Below are positions 1 to 12,366 of a DNA stretch of 64,000 nucleotides, one piece after another. Each line of letters starts with the position of its first letter. The first letter of the stretch is position 1. Source of the stretch: Hydrolagus affinis (taxonomy: Eukaryota). The position numbers and the translations under genes were made by a program. Below the pieces are notes generated by a model, which was not told the DNA's origin, did no database searches, and worked only from the letters and a program-made list of their open reading frames with translations. The DNA is taken from assembly GCA_012026655.1 (NCBI GenBank), contig JAAILG010000141.1, forward strand, positions 1-64,000, given 5' to 3'.

Positions 1-186
1 CCTACAGAGAGTAACTAACCACTAGAATACGTTGCCAAGGAAGGTGGTTAAGGCCAGGATACTGGACTCATCTATAAAACACCTTTTTTTCTGTGATGGG
101 AAGATGGTAGGGTGGCTTACTCTGGAAGGATGAGACTAGATGGGCTAAACAGCCTACTTTATTCAAATCAATCCTATGATCTTATA
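1..186 (+). mobile_element. CR1-clade LINE, decayed 3' end
   Basis: Frame from nt 2 reads LQRVTNH*NTLPRKVVKARILDSSIKHL, matching the CR1 ORF2 C-terminal QRVVNxWNxLPxxVVEA motif. It is followed by a CR1-type 3' UTR (gatgggctaaacagcct...cctatgatcttat). Confidence 0.75.
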
Positions 187-3100
187 ATGTAGTAGGTGAT
201 CTGTGTCTAATGCTGTTCTACACCCAAATGCACAGCAGCTCTCCTAACATTCTCCTTCCCTTTCTATGAATTCTCCCGACTGGTAACCTGTGCGGGGGAA
301 TGTGGGAACAAGTCAGAGACCTGCTATTCTGCTGGGCAACATGTGGGAGTTCTATTGGCTGAACCATTATGCTTTCCTTGAAATACCATCAATTTTCAGG
401 AAACCTGATGCTTCTCACCCATTTTGTCCTCAAAGCAATGTTAGCTTCTGTTGTTGTACAGTGCCCTGTAGCATTAATAGCTCCTATACTTTGAAAGCCT
501 CACCTTGAATTCCTCGCACCTGAATCATTTATTGGATGATACACTGTGGACAGATGGAACTTATTTGAAATACTTCTTACATACATGTGGCATGCTTTTG
601 TCTCGTGAATTGAACCCATTTAGAACCTTTGCTAATTCTAATACTCCTCAAGCTGATATTTTTTTAATGGTGTATCAGGTTGATCAGGTTTAATTCAGAA
701 AGACAATTTCATACGAATCTGGAAACTGGATCTTGTAATTTTCCTGCAGTCCTACAAATTATTTATTTTCAGTTTTCTTGCCGTCCGCCTAAGGCAAGAC
801 ATGATGAGCACAAGCTGAGAAGAGTGCCATTTTCCCCACAACACAGCATCTTGTTTGGTCTGAGCGGCTTAGTCATGCGTTTTTAGCCAAACTCGATGGA
901 AATAAAAAATACACAAGGCTAGCCCAGAAAAGGCTTCAAAAACAAGTAGAACTGAAAAATCAGAAATGAGCCCACTCATTAGTCGATCCTATTCTCATTG
1001 TCGTATCAACTCCAAACTTAAGCAGTCAGCAGTACAAACAGTCAGCAAAAAAGGGCCCAATTCCGGATGAGAATTCTGTCCTGCATTTTCCAGTCAACAA
1101 GATGAAGCAGATATGAGGCAACATTTTTTTTTTAAATGTGAAGCACTCGATGTACGAAATCCAAACTTAGGGGAAAACTGAGTCATTCATAAACACTTGC
1201 ACAACTTTCTCAAACATCGTGTAATCAGTATACACATCTGAGTGGGCAATCCTGCTGAGACTGTTTTGATTTTGTGAATTAAGTTGAATGGATAACATCA
1301 GAAGATAAGAGTGATTTGAGTACTTTGCAGTGTAGTTTTACAATACAATTGTATCATTTTCTGTGTTGTATTTGGATTATACAGTGCAAATTTACATTAG
1401 GCAAGCTTATATTTATATTCTAACACTTAACAAATACAGTATTACTGACTGAAACAAAAAGGAATTGGGTACAGAATATCTAAACAGATTAACTACTCAA
1501 ACTGTATTTCAACAAAATTGACCAGAATAAGGTTGCATTTCAATGTTTTAATCACTCCAGGTTGCAAGCATGATTTCCTAAGTCTAACATGGGAACAACT
1601 TTAAGAATAATTTAGTAAATTATAAACATGCTACTAATTTACCGTTTCATGATTCATTTGAATCACGTTTGTTTTTCTTGTATAACTCAAAACAATTTTG
1701 AAGTCTATAGAATTCAGTAATTAGCTGACAAATTAATTTTAGAATTGCAAGGTGATTTCACCAATGGAGGAAGTCCATGTAAAAGAATTTTGAATATGAT
1801 TCATTAATTTATTCTTGAAAGTGTGGGACAGACAGCAGGTATGTTTACTCGCCTTTCAGTTGTTCCTCCCATTTTAATATGGGTTATTTATTTTCTGAAT
1901 CTGAAATATTCTGAGGATTATTATTCTGCAGAAACACAGTTTGTCTAGGTTCATAATATTCTAGGGATGGATTTTCAAAACATAATCTTGTTATATTTTT
2001 ATTGTGATGCAGAAACTATTTGTTGTAGTGCCCAATATTTTAAGGCAATCTGCAGTTCAACAGACAGTATTTGTTATGGCAATCAAGTTCTAATAGTCAC
2101 AATTCTCAAATATTTACTAAATATACACAACACAAAGATAGATTTCCGTGCCATACAAATCCGATTTAAATATTAAAACTTTTGCTCTAATGGGTATTAT
2201 GAGCAATAGACTGTGTTTGTTGAATTTAAATAGGCAGAAAGCGATTGATATATTGTGACATTTTAGCTTTTTAACACTTTCTGCAAAATAAATATATTAC
2301 AATCTTTATAGTCAATTGATTAACAATTGTTAATTTGTGTTTTTCAGACAGTTGTATTTTATGTTACAGATCTTGGAGGTCATATTCAATCCAAATAAAC
2401 TGCAATAATTATTAATACCTCATTGGTATTTATCTGAAAGCTCTAACATTCATTTGTTAGAGAGGACAAGTATATAGTATTGAAATGCTGTACTTCCATC
2501 AATATAATGTCAATATCCTCCTTTTTTTTCTTGGTGCTATGTGTATTATACTGGCAGATGGTAACTAGGAGTAGCTCTAGTTTGTAAAACTCTACGCATA
2601 AATAAACCAAAATAATTAACAGGTAACTAGTCAAATCTGCCTAACCAATACAGATAACACTGCCAACTCATTACACAAATTGATCTGTTGATTTGTGTTT
2701 CAGTTTGACTTTTGTTTTATTTTTGCTGTTGTCAATGACAATTATCTGAATGGTTACTAAATATTATGCAACCTTTCATTACTCTTGATGCAAAACACAA
2801 TGTAACTTTAAGAGTAGAAAAAAGCACCATAAGTAAAAACTTGCCATTTACTTGTAAATCACTAGCTATTGGCTGTGCTGCGTAGTTTAGATATATCTTA
2901 AAACATTGATGAAAACAGGATTTCATCAGTGCAATAAAAATATAAATTAAATTTTTCAAATATATATATTCTCAGTGGGGTTCCCATGATTTGCTTGATG
3001 GTCAATATCATTCAAGTTATTCTCCTAATATATCCTTAGCCACACAATTGTAGAATTGCATTAATCCTCCCATTTTTCAGTCAATATAATTTTTTTTCAG

Positions 3101-3745
3101 GTATAAGTGGTTTGATGCTGTTGTCTATTCCGGTTGATTTATCACAATAACTGTGATTTTTATTATTATCACTTGGGGGGAACAGGTTATCATGATTATC
3201 ATGGGTCTGACATATCACTATATATCAGTGCATTGTAATATAAGAAAACAGTACGCCAGAACATTTTCTATGGTTGGGTACATTTCTCTATCCATACTTT
3301 ATAATATTAAGCCTTGGATGTTCAGAAATCATATCTTTCAACTGCCCACCTACTTTCTGTCACATAGTATTTTAAAAGCTGGTAAAGACATTCAGTATGT
3401 AGAGGGTTATTATGTTGTGAATTGTCAGGATAAAGATTGAATAAATAATGTAAAAGTAGGGATAAATTTTACGACAGTACTTAAGTATTTTAAGTGGAGA
3501 ATTTTATATCCCTGATTTACTGTAAGCATCCTATGAGAAGATGCAAGGAAGCATTTCCCAGACAACGTTCCCAAATATGGCCTGCATTTTTTTTGCCTAC
3601 AGTAGTTCTGTTTTCTTAGCCAAAATAATAAAAGACTTATCTAGAAATCTAATACACTCAATATCATGAATAACATAGCTGGGAGTACAATATGTGAAAT
3701 AAAGTGGGGTTTCAGTTAATGCCACAAATTGCAAGAGTGAAACTC

Positions 3746-4156
3746 ATGTTAGCTTAGTTCATTTGATGGAAATCTCACCTCTGAGTCAGAAGGTTGTCGG
3801 GTTGAGGCCCACGTTGGGACTTTTAACTCATAGTCTAGGACGGCTGACGCTCCAATACAGAACTTGAGTACTGAGATGTTTGTATGAGATGTTAAACCAA
3901 AGTGCCATCTGCCTATTCAGGTGGATGTTGAAGATGCCGTGATTGAAAAAGAGGAAGTTTCCCTTTGTATGCTGGCCAAAGAACCCTAAAACAAAATTAG
4001 TTACTCTCTTCGTGGATGTTTGTGGGACATTTTGCAAATTGGCTGCCGTATTCCCATACAAAATGCACACAATCTTCCAAAAGAATCCTGTGAACTACTT
4101 TGAGATACTCTCCGCCATAAAAGGTCGTTATATCAAATGTCAGGATTATTATTATT
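3746..4156 (+). mobile_element. Deu-domain SINE (SacSINE1/AmnSINE1-like), near full length
   Basis: Head (ctcacctctgagtcagaaggttgtcgggtt), Deu core (gagatgttaaaccaa...tctgcctattcaggtggatgt...tttgtgggacattttgcaaattggctgcc) and L2-type tail ending tatcaaatgtcaggattattattatt. Confidence 0.8.
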
Positions 4157-4611
4157 CTAAATAGCTTCTAAATATTAGTTAAATCCCAAGCGTGTGTTAC
4201 AATTTTGATGAGACTCTTTATCATTATTACTTACTGTATGAATCAAAAACGTTTAGCAATTTACTAACTGCTTTGATTTTTCTTTAAAAATTCTACTACA
4301 TTAAGTTTTCTTCGGAACAGGTTGTTTTGCAGGCAGCCATATTGTAAAAGGAACAGCCTTTGTTCTATAAAACAACAGCTTGTTTGCAGTCAGTGGTGAT
4401 TTGTTTTATATCATGTGAGGAAAGCAGAACTTCTATACAAGTTGCAAAACCATGTAAAGGGTTAAAGTGTCTTATGGTAGGAGGTGAGGATTTCCTCCAG
4501 AAATAATTTGTTCTATTTTACATTGATTTAATACTGTGTATTTTTCAAAGTTATACTTGTATTATCTTCCTCCTAGTTTCAGCAGAGTAATGCTTTCCAA
4601 TTATAATTGTA

Positions 4612-4985
4612 ATAACTGTCATAATCCTTGCACTTGGCGCCATTCACACCAGGAGGATATCTAAAACCACCTCTCAGGATATACTGCAAAGTGTAGTAAC
4701 TGTGTATTTGTTGGCAAACACATCAGCTCAATTATGCATCAAAATGTTGTACATCCAGCCATCAACCGCAACAACAAAATTACATTTGTATGGCGCCTTT
4801 CACGTCAGGAGGACGTCTCAAGGCGCTGGACAGTTACTGCTTCAGACCCGAGCTGAGGATGGGGGATGTGGAGATGGGAAGCAATGGACTGACTTTATTT
4901 GAGGGATTGATTTTGGTCAATCCCTCAAATAATTGGTCAGGACACTGGGAAAAACTTTCCTTCTCTTTTCAAATAGTGCCTTCAG
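4612..4985 (-). mobile_element. Deu-domain SINE, 3' half, interrupted by a nested insertion
   Basis: Reverse-complement tail (ataatccttgca...) and Deu segment (ggtcaggacactgggaaaaactttccttctcttttcaaatagtgcc), split at about 4763-4879. Confidence 0.65.
4763..4879 (-). mobile_element. 5'-truncated L2-type element nested in the DeuSINE
   Basis: caacaacaaaattacatttgtatggcgcctttcacgtcaggaggacgtc is a reverse L2-type tail with (TTG)n end. Flanked by agccat (4757-4762) and agcaat (4880-4885), a likely TSD. Confidence 0.65.
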
Positions 4986-4987
4986 TG

Positions 4988-5106
4988 CATTGCGTTCACC
5001 CATAAAATTTACAGTAACACCACTTTACAGTATATCTCGTCTGGGCTTTCAGACGTCTTAATACCATAATAAGAGGCAATATCAAATGTAACGATAATTA
5101 TTATTG
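4988..5106 (+). mobile_element. SINE 3' tail fragment (L2-derived)
   Basis: ttcacccataaaatttacagtaacaccactttacagtata...gcaatatcaaatgtaacgataattattatt matches the tail shared by the window's SINEs. Confidence 0.6.
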
Positions 5107-7280
5107 TTTTCTCATCTCCTGCACATTAACATACGAGTGCAAGAGATGCGAAACTGCCATTTAGCATATCAAGACGGTGGCCAAACTAAATTTACCTAAT
5201 TGTGGACTGCAGACACCCATTTAATCTCCATGGGATATAACATAGACTCCCTGATCTACAGTCAATCAAGAAAATAGTCCAGAATATTCATCTATCCTCA
5301 CATCTGCACTATTCAAACCTGGCCTCTTTTTCCACAGACATTTTCCCCCTCCCCCCGCCTTCACCCAGGACCCAGCAGCACATAAATCATTGTGTTCGGT
5401 GGAGTATTTTTTCATCTCAGTGTGCACCTATTCCTATATTTTGACCCTAATGTATTCTGTAATATATTTTCTACAATTCCAGTTTGCTCTGAACGGTGAC
5501 TGAAGGATTTTTTTTTACACAGGGTAATTTCATGTACAGAAGAAAAGATTGTACAAAAACGAACTTTACGCTCTATCTGATCCCTGTAAATTCTTGGGAT
5601 TTAGTATATTCTTTTCTGGTACTGTACAATTAATAGCAAGCGTTGTACTGCAATATGTACTGCTTGCCTGGTGTTTTATTTCAGATACACCATGTAAATC
5701 TTTCTTCACTTATGTTAAAAAAGGTAGTAGCGCACAAGAACATACATGTTTATTTAAGACCGTTTTTCCTTCTCCTCCAGTTTTTGTATTGTTACAAAAA
5801 TATATATGTATATTTTCCATTTTATAATACAGGCAGGATTAAATTCCTAACATGTTTCAGCCAGAAGAATATTTTGAAGCAGTAGCCATTTCAAATCCAT
5901 CACAGGCATCACTATTCCCCATGCCAGATAAGGCATATGCATTGTAGAAGCTTTTTTAAGAGCTACTTGTCCCATTTATTTTATTAGTCTTTGGTGAATG
6001 TAATTAGAATCAAAGTAATTAAATGCAATTGTGCTCAGTATGTTACTGTTGTAAATTGCCCTAAACAATGTGTGTTGCATGTTGTGAACACAATTCTGGA
6101 ATTAATAGACGATAGATAATGTTTTAGGATTGTATTTCACACTAAACAGCCAAACAGAGAAACAGATGCTTGTGCAATGTCATTAATCTTAGTCATCTGA
6201 AAGCACAAGTGTAATTTGCATGACTCAGGTTATGGCACATGCTGTATTTAGGAGGAGAGCTAGATCATTGTCTCGCTTTCTAGCTTTAAAAATAATGTCA
6301 ATCAAGACAGACCCTGTAAAGCTCAGGGGGACAGAGGAGTAAAGTGTATGAAATCGGGTGCCCTTGTTAAAGCAAACAGAAAATCGGTGCGTGATTTAGG
6401 AAAATCTTTCAACATCACGGTCTTATTTATTCAATGAAGTTCAGTCGTCAGATATCATTGTCTTAGCTTTTTTTTGGAACAATTAAAAAGTACGGCTCGA
6501 ATTTCCCTCCCATATATTTAATATGCACCTCATTTATCTAGCTCCCTTGTGAAAATGTACTTTTTAATAAAAAAAATGAAGAGGAGGAGGAGGGAATAAC
6601 TCACATTTCCTATTGAAATATTCACAGTATTTGCATGTATTATGGCAGCCTTTGCTTAGTATGAACAACTTTCTGTTTGTCTTTGCACATTTAAAGCAAG
6701 TCCATCTATATGCTCTGTGGCATTATGTTACAGAATATGACATGACCTTCAGGATTCAAGATTAACTTATTTGCTTGTCCAGCAGCTGGAAAGTAAGAAT
6801 TGAATTCCCTATCATCGCCATCATACACAATGAGGTGATGCGGGAGCTCTCACTATTTGTGAAGCAAATTACTAATTGGATTTCAAAGGCATCCTAAGCC
6901 GTTCAGAATCATAAGATCAGCCTCAATATGTTCATAAATAAGACACAATGCATATGCTGTGCAATGAATATAAAAATTCTAAAACTGCATTTTTAATAAG
7001 TGTAGATTTATTGAATCATGAATTTCACTGATTGCCTTTGCCTCCAAAACACACCACATTCTGTGTTTGGTATCAATTTCTAATATCCTGGAGGCATGGT
7101 GCTCATTATCAAATTGTGTTTGAATCTTGTGTTTCGCGATGATTAACTGAGGTCACCTAACTCTAACCTGGTTTGTTTAAAATCTAATTACCATGTTTGC
7201 AGTTGTTAGAAGGAACAATTCCTTTTACTCAAAAAGGTTGATGAGTAGCAGAATGGGTTAGAAGACTGCAATCTCACCTC

Positions 7281-7586
7281 AGGAACATAGGAACAGGGGT
7301 AGATCCATTCAGCCCTCGAGCCTGTTCCACTCTTCTGTTAAGTCATGGCTGATTTGTACCTCAGCTCCATTTAGCTGCCTTTTCTCTACATCGCTTGATA
7401 CCTTTACCTAGGAAATATATATCAAACTCAGTCTTGAAAATTTCAATTGACTGAATATCCACAGCTTTTTGGGAGAGAGAATTCCAGATTCCCACAAACC
7501 TTTGTATGAAAATAAATTCTTCCTGGTTTCACTCCTAACTGGTCAAGCTCTTATTTTAAGATTATGCCCCCTCATTCTGGATTCTC
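7281..7586 (-). mobile_element. CR1-clade LINE 3' end (shark HER1-like)
   Basis: ggaacataggaacaggggtagatccattcagccctcgagcctgttcc...catggctgat is a reverse CR1 3' UTR. Upstream on the minus strand are decayed RGHNLKI and FIQRFVGIWNSLSQKAV motifs. Confidence 0.8.
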
Positions 7587-7848
7587 TGTATCTTTAAAGA
7601 GAAAGAAGTCTCTTATTTCTGATAGCTATCAATGCATGTAATGGGTTTGAACAGCGTCACCAAGTTACCGATGGATATACATAAACTGTACAAAGCGAAC
7701 GCTGAAATATGAACAGTTTCCGCTGGTTTCATTAATTCTGGCTCAGGATGCAGGATCTGCTGCAGTAGAATTTGGGAATGGAAAAGAGTTGCAGCAAGAC
7801 GTGCTTGTGAGTTTGGGAGATCAGTAGATTTTCAGGATAAGGTGGGAC

Positions 7849-7912
7849 AACATAAAAGCATAAGACAGCATGGAATGAGAAAGGCCATTTAGTTCATCAA
7901 GCCCATTCCTTC
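7849..7912 (-). mobile_element. CR1-type 3' tail fragment
   Basis: cataaaagcataagacagcatggaatgagaaaggccatttagttcatcaagccc resembles a reverse CR1 terminus. Confidence 0.5.
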
Positions 7913-8446
7913 CACACACAATGTGCAATCTGTCCGGTAGACAGATTGTACGTTGCTTGTGGAAAGGAGCAGGCTTGTTTTTACGGATGACAACACTTGA
8001 ACAATCCCGTTTCTTCACACTGCTTGATTGTAACTGGTGAAGCAGTTATTTATCCCTGTAACCTAAATCCTGTTTCCAAACAGATTCAGCCCCCTTTGTT
8101 AAAATGTAATTTAAACAAATTAAAAGCACATTAATTACTTTTCATGGAAGCCAGCCCCACAAAATCCACAACTCCAGAAAGGATGGTTTACCCTCAAAAT
8201 CTGTAGTCTGACATGAGGTTCACTCCCTCTGTACAGCACTTCAGATTTCTTGATCTTTACTCACGGTTCAGTTAAATAGTCTGCTCTCATCTACCTTATC
8301 TGTGCCTCATAGCATTTAAAAGACCTGGATCATCTCACATTTCTAATTTATTCAATGTTCTAATTTTCTGTTACAAAAATGCAGATTCAGCTAGTTTCCT
8401 TAAGTAACAGAATTTTCAAACGCTAATTAATGACTATCCCATTGTT

Positions 8447-8700
8447 CTATTTTTAACCCAGAATCACTGCAAATATCACCATGCATAACATAGGAAGGTG
8501 ACTATTTTTATTCAATGTATCTATTTTTGGTGGAGCAGGGTCTGCACTCACCAAGATAAATGCTGTCAACATTGAAAAATAAAACCTATTTCCATTTTTG
8601 GATACGCAGATTGCAGTCTGATAAAAATGCTTTTTTTTACACATACAAACCCCAAACCTCAAAAGAACAGTTTCTGTTGCACCAGTGTGATGACGTTTCC
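8447..8700. promoter_or_regulatory. Candidate cardiac/muscle enhancer (MEF2, T-box, GATA, MEIS, CArG cluster)
   Basis: CTATTTTTAA 8447-8456, two further CTATTTTT cores (8502, 8521), AGGTGA 8496, AGATAA 8554, CTGTCA 8563, perfect CArG CCATTTTTGG 8592-8601, TGATAA 8619. Motif-only evidence. Confidence 0.35.
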
Positions 8701-10503
8701 ATTTCCCACACCGGCCATTATCACGCTGCTCTGAGTGACATTGCCATTCTCATGTCAATTTGTGTGGAACTGCAGTGAGTTTTGTGCTGTGAACCACTGG
8801 ACGCTGGGTTAAAAGAAAAGCCTAAACTCATTTCACATAGGAACTCTCACAGCCAGCAGCGAGAGGAGAGTATCATCCCATCAGTCTGGCACTAACATGC
8901 CCAATGTCCTCCAGGCTATTCTTCCTGCCAGTGGTGAACAGAGAAAAATGATTGAAATGTTATTGTGGTTGACGTTTCCCTCTTCAGCAGCTAATTTTGG
9001 CTTTTACTATCAGTTGGTATCGGCACATTGCACAGTCAAGTGCCCAAACTTTTGTTTGCGATTTTTCTTTGCTGGTTCACAAAGAAATTAAACTTTCAAG
9101 GATTCCTATCTCACAACAGATAAAAGTCTATTCTGGGAAGGGAAGGGAAGGAGGAGCAATCACTCTGGAAACAAAATTCACCAAAGAGGAGTTAAGACAG
9201 TTTTTATCTGAAGTAATCTGTGTTATGGTTTATTTTGCTAATGCGAAGAGCCTGATGGCAATAGCTTGAAACCCTGACCTGCCTGGCCTGGTGCGGACTG
9301 CCATGTTCTCCCTTGAGGTGTATCAGTAACTTTGCACTGCCAGTGCTGGAGGGCAGGGAGTAACTAGCAATGTTGATCAAGATGAAAAATTTGATTAGTG
9401 CCATACCATCAGGGTAAAATCAAACCTGCATTTAAAAAAAATTGTACTTATGCATTACAAGCTGTTTTATTGAAACCACAACTGTTTCTCACTTATTTCT
9501 ACTTTGCAAACGCAGTGCAGAAGAGGCACTGATGACTGCATATAGTTTTGGTAGCAGTTAAGTGAACAAATTCCTTGCTTTTAGGCTACTGATCAGATAA
9601 TTGCATGTCAGAGAGTTTTCACACAAAAGGGATTACAGTACTTAATTTCTACAGGGATAAATGGAGAAACAAAATGCAAATTAAATCTTTTTTTAATGGA
9701 TTATGGTTTGAAATTAATACTGACTGCAAATTGGTAATAATTTGTTTTAAACAAAAATTCCAGTTCATTATTTAGAGATGAAATTAAAACTAATACAAAC
9801 CAAGAGATTCAAAATCTTATTTTTGATCATTTGAAAATGGTATCCCAAGATTCATAAAGTTTATTTTTCTGCTGGTAATTTACACTGTTGAGCCTGTGCA
9901 ATTATGAGACCGTTCCGCTTGCTCTGCTTGCAAAATTCAGTGCTGAATTCTGTGTTGTTTGCCCAGCAGAAAATAAGTATTCGCCATGATTGAACTGATA
10001 GCACTTACTGAAAAATTAAAGTCACCTCCTATTTTCAGTCAGCAAAAAATCATTCACATTCAACATGTGCTGCTTGGAGTGTCCATAATAATTTGAGAGG
10101 AATTAAAGTGGAATGCCCTTAAAATGTTACCTCAGTGACTATACGTGGGAATAGGGAATAGAATACAATTGTAAGAAATAAGAAGAGACGTTTTGAAAGT
10201 GCAGAAATGTGAACTGCTGTGATAGTTTCATCATTTACAGATATGCCTCAAACATTTGATCCAGTGGGACATAGGTAACAGAACTGCAGGGAAAAAATAA
10301 TTCAGATTCAATTAGTCACAGTGCAATGCTAGTGGCGTTTTCATTTTTTGCACAAATTAGACTGCTGTTGCACCCATTATTAGGAAAATAACTGCACTAT
10401 TTTTATTGCAATAATGTATGTTCGCTTGGTGTTCAGTTTCAGTGAAGAAAGCCCTTTGTTCTGGTTGTGTACTCTGCCCGAGGCTCTGCGTTCATGACGT
10501 GTT

Positions 10504-10519
10504 ACTGCCCCCTAGTGAT
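10504..10519 (-). promoter_or_regulatory. CTCF-binding motif
   Basis: Minus strand reads TCACTAGGGGGCAGT, one mismatch from the CCASYAGRKGGCRS core; lies in non-repeat sequence. Confidence 0.6.
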
Positions 10520-10999
10520 CCCTTTTTTCCCACAGATTGCAAACAGCTCTAATAGTCATCACCAATCAATCAAAACTTTAAACAAAGTGAATCTGTACAA
10601 TGTAGCATTGCCTTTTGTTGTATAAAAAGTTTCTGACGTTTTGCAATAGGGCTGACAATGAGGTACAAGCTCTTTGCAGGTGCACTAAGCAGGGTTAAAT
10701 ACTGGTGATTTCCGATTTAATAGGAAGTTTGTTTATGCCCCCTATTGTCTTAGCAATAAAGAGAATAATTCGGCTGCATTTGGTCACTTAAATAATACAC
10801 TTTCAAGATCACACGCCCAAACTGTTGTAAAGGAGGCAAAACTCATGCAAAGTTAGCATCAGAGGCTAGTTTTTGTTTGTGGTCTGTAGTTCAACTGCTC
10901 CTAATTGTAAATTTAAAAATCCTTCTCTAATTGCGTGTGTGACTTACACTTGTGGGTTCAGACCAGCCATAGCCCTGCCAACAACTGTGTTAGTCAATG

Positions 11000-11122
11000 A
11001 TAATAATAATAATCCTAGCATTTCATATAGCACCTTATCATGTCCTCAAGACATCTTAAAGCGCTTCACAGAATATACTGCAAAGTGAATTGACTGTATA
11101 TTTTGTGGGCGAAAATGATAGC
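11000..11122 (-). mobile_element. SINE 3' tail fragment (L2-derived, (ATT)n end)
   Basis: taataataatcctagcatttcatatagcacctt...gcgcttcacagaatatactgcaaagtgaattgactgtata is close to the tail of the full copies at 47608 and 53808. Confidence 0.8.
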
Positions 11123-11214
11123 TAAGATTGATCATTCATGTGATAAGAACTAATCATCAAGAATGACCATTGACAGTATTCTATCCAGAGTTTTATGCTA
11201 AGTAGATTTAGGAT

Positions 11215-11550
11215 GCTACCTGGTCCTGAACAATTAAAAGCTTAAACTCATAATTAATCATAGTAATTTAGAACAATCATCACAAGAGGATGGGAAGAAA
11301 GCAGTTAGGAGACTGGCGCCCAACCACCTTCTGATGACTTTATGTGCAAGTACAGAGATATTGGACAAAGGTAGGATTGGTCAAAGCTATAATGGCTCAA
11401 ACAGTTGTATAGTGCATTAACATTCAATGTGTAATCTTACACATGAAGTATGGCCATCTGAGCAATATACTGGACGACAGAGTGCAATGTGGAAAGATCA
11501 TGTAGTCTAAACCATTGCCTTTACAGTTAGAGTGGAGGAAAGGGGACAAA
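11215..11550 (+). mobile_element. LF-SINE-like relic (mid/3' part)
   Basis: ttacacatgaagtatggccatctgagcaatatactgga, aggattggtcaaagctataatg and the purine-rich end align by eye to the remembered LF-SINE 3' region (cacacatgaagaatggccacttgggcgaggtaccgga). Confidence 0.55.
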
Positions 11551-11714
11551 AACAAAACCATTGACCATTAGACAATAGTTGTACAGTTTGTTTTGGGATC
11601 CAAAAGTGGGGCCATTCTTAGAAATGATTTGCAGCTTCCTCCAGCTTTGAACACAGTGATGAAAGTTTCTTTTTTCATCTTAAAAAACATTGTCAATCAG
11701 CTTCCTCTATGGTT

Positions 11715-11895
11715 TGCTAAGTTTATTTAGTGAATATCTGACCATAGAGACCTAGAAGGTCTGAGAACCAAAATTGATCTCAAGCAGAACAACACTCAAA
11801 ATGCTATTATTTGGCTTCAGCACCCAGATTGGTGAGAGGAAATCAGCCAGTGATTGGTACCCATTCCTTATCACTATCCAGCAACCTCTACAAGC
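11715..11895 (+). mobile_element. LF-SINE-like relic (5' part)
   Basis: ccatagagacctagaaggtc...tgatctcaagc...ttggcttcagcaccc...ggaaatcagccag...tcactatccagcaacc is collinear with the remembered LF-SINE consensus. Confidence 0.6.
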
Positions 11896-12169
11896 AGTGC
11901 AGATTGTTGACGTATGATGACTCATCTACAATGCCCGGATGGGTAAGGTGTGTGCTTGTGTTAATGTGACCCAGCAGAAAGAGAAAGGGAGCAGTCACTT
12001 TCCAGAGAGAGACGCAGAGTGGGGCAAGGGATAAAATTAGCAATAAACAAAAGAGAGCCAAGCCCTGCCTGTGTCTATCATCATTTGATTTATTTAAATA
12101 AACACTAGTTCCCCCACATCCTCCCCCCAAAAAATCTAAAAATGTCTGAAAAACGCAAAGCATTTTCGA

Positions 12170-12366
12170 TTCTAAAAGCAAAGTCCATAACACTAGAAAT
12201 CCAGAGCAGGTGACAGAGCATCTGAAATATAAATATAGGTTAAGGTTTCAGGCTTCAGAACTGAAACAGTGAGCTGTGGGAGCTCAAAAAACTGATCGAC
12301 CTACTGGGGATTTCCAGCAGTTTTCTTTTTTGTTTTAGATTTTCAGCATCTACAGGTTTCTTTTTT
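12170..12366. mobile_element. Decayed copy of the Penelope-type palindromic element
   Basis: gcaggtgacagagcatctg...ttaaggtttcagg...ctgaaac...gacctactggggatttccagcagttttc...agattttcagcatctacag resembles the clearer copy at 39435-39635. Confidence 0.6.
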
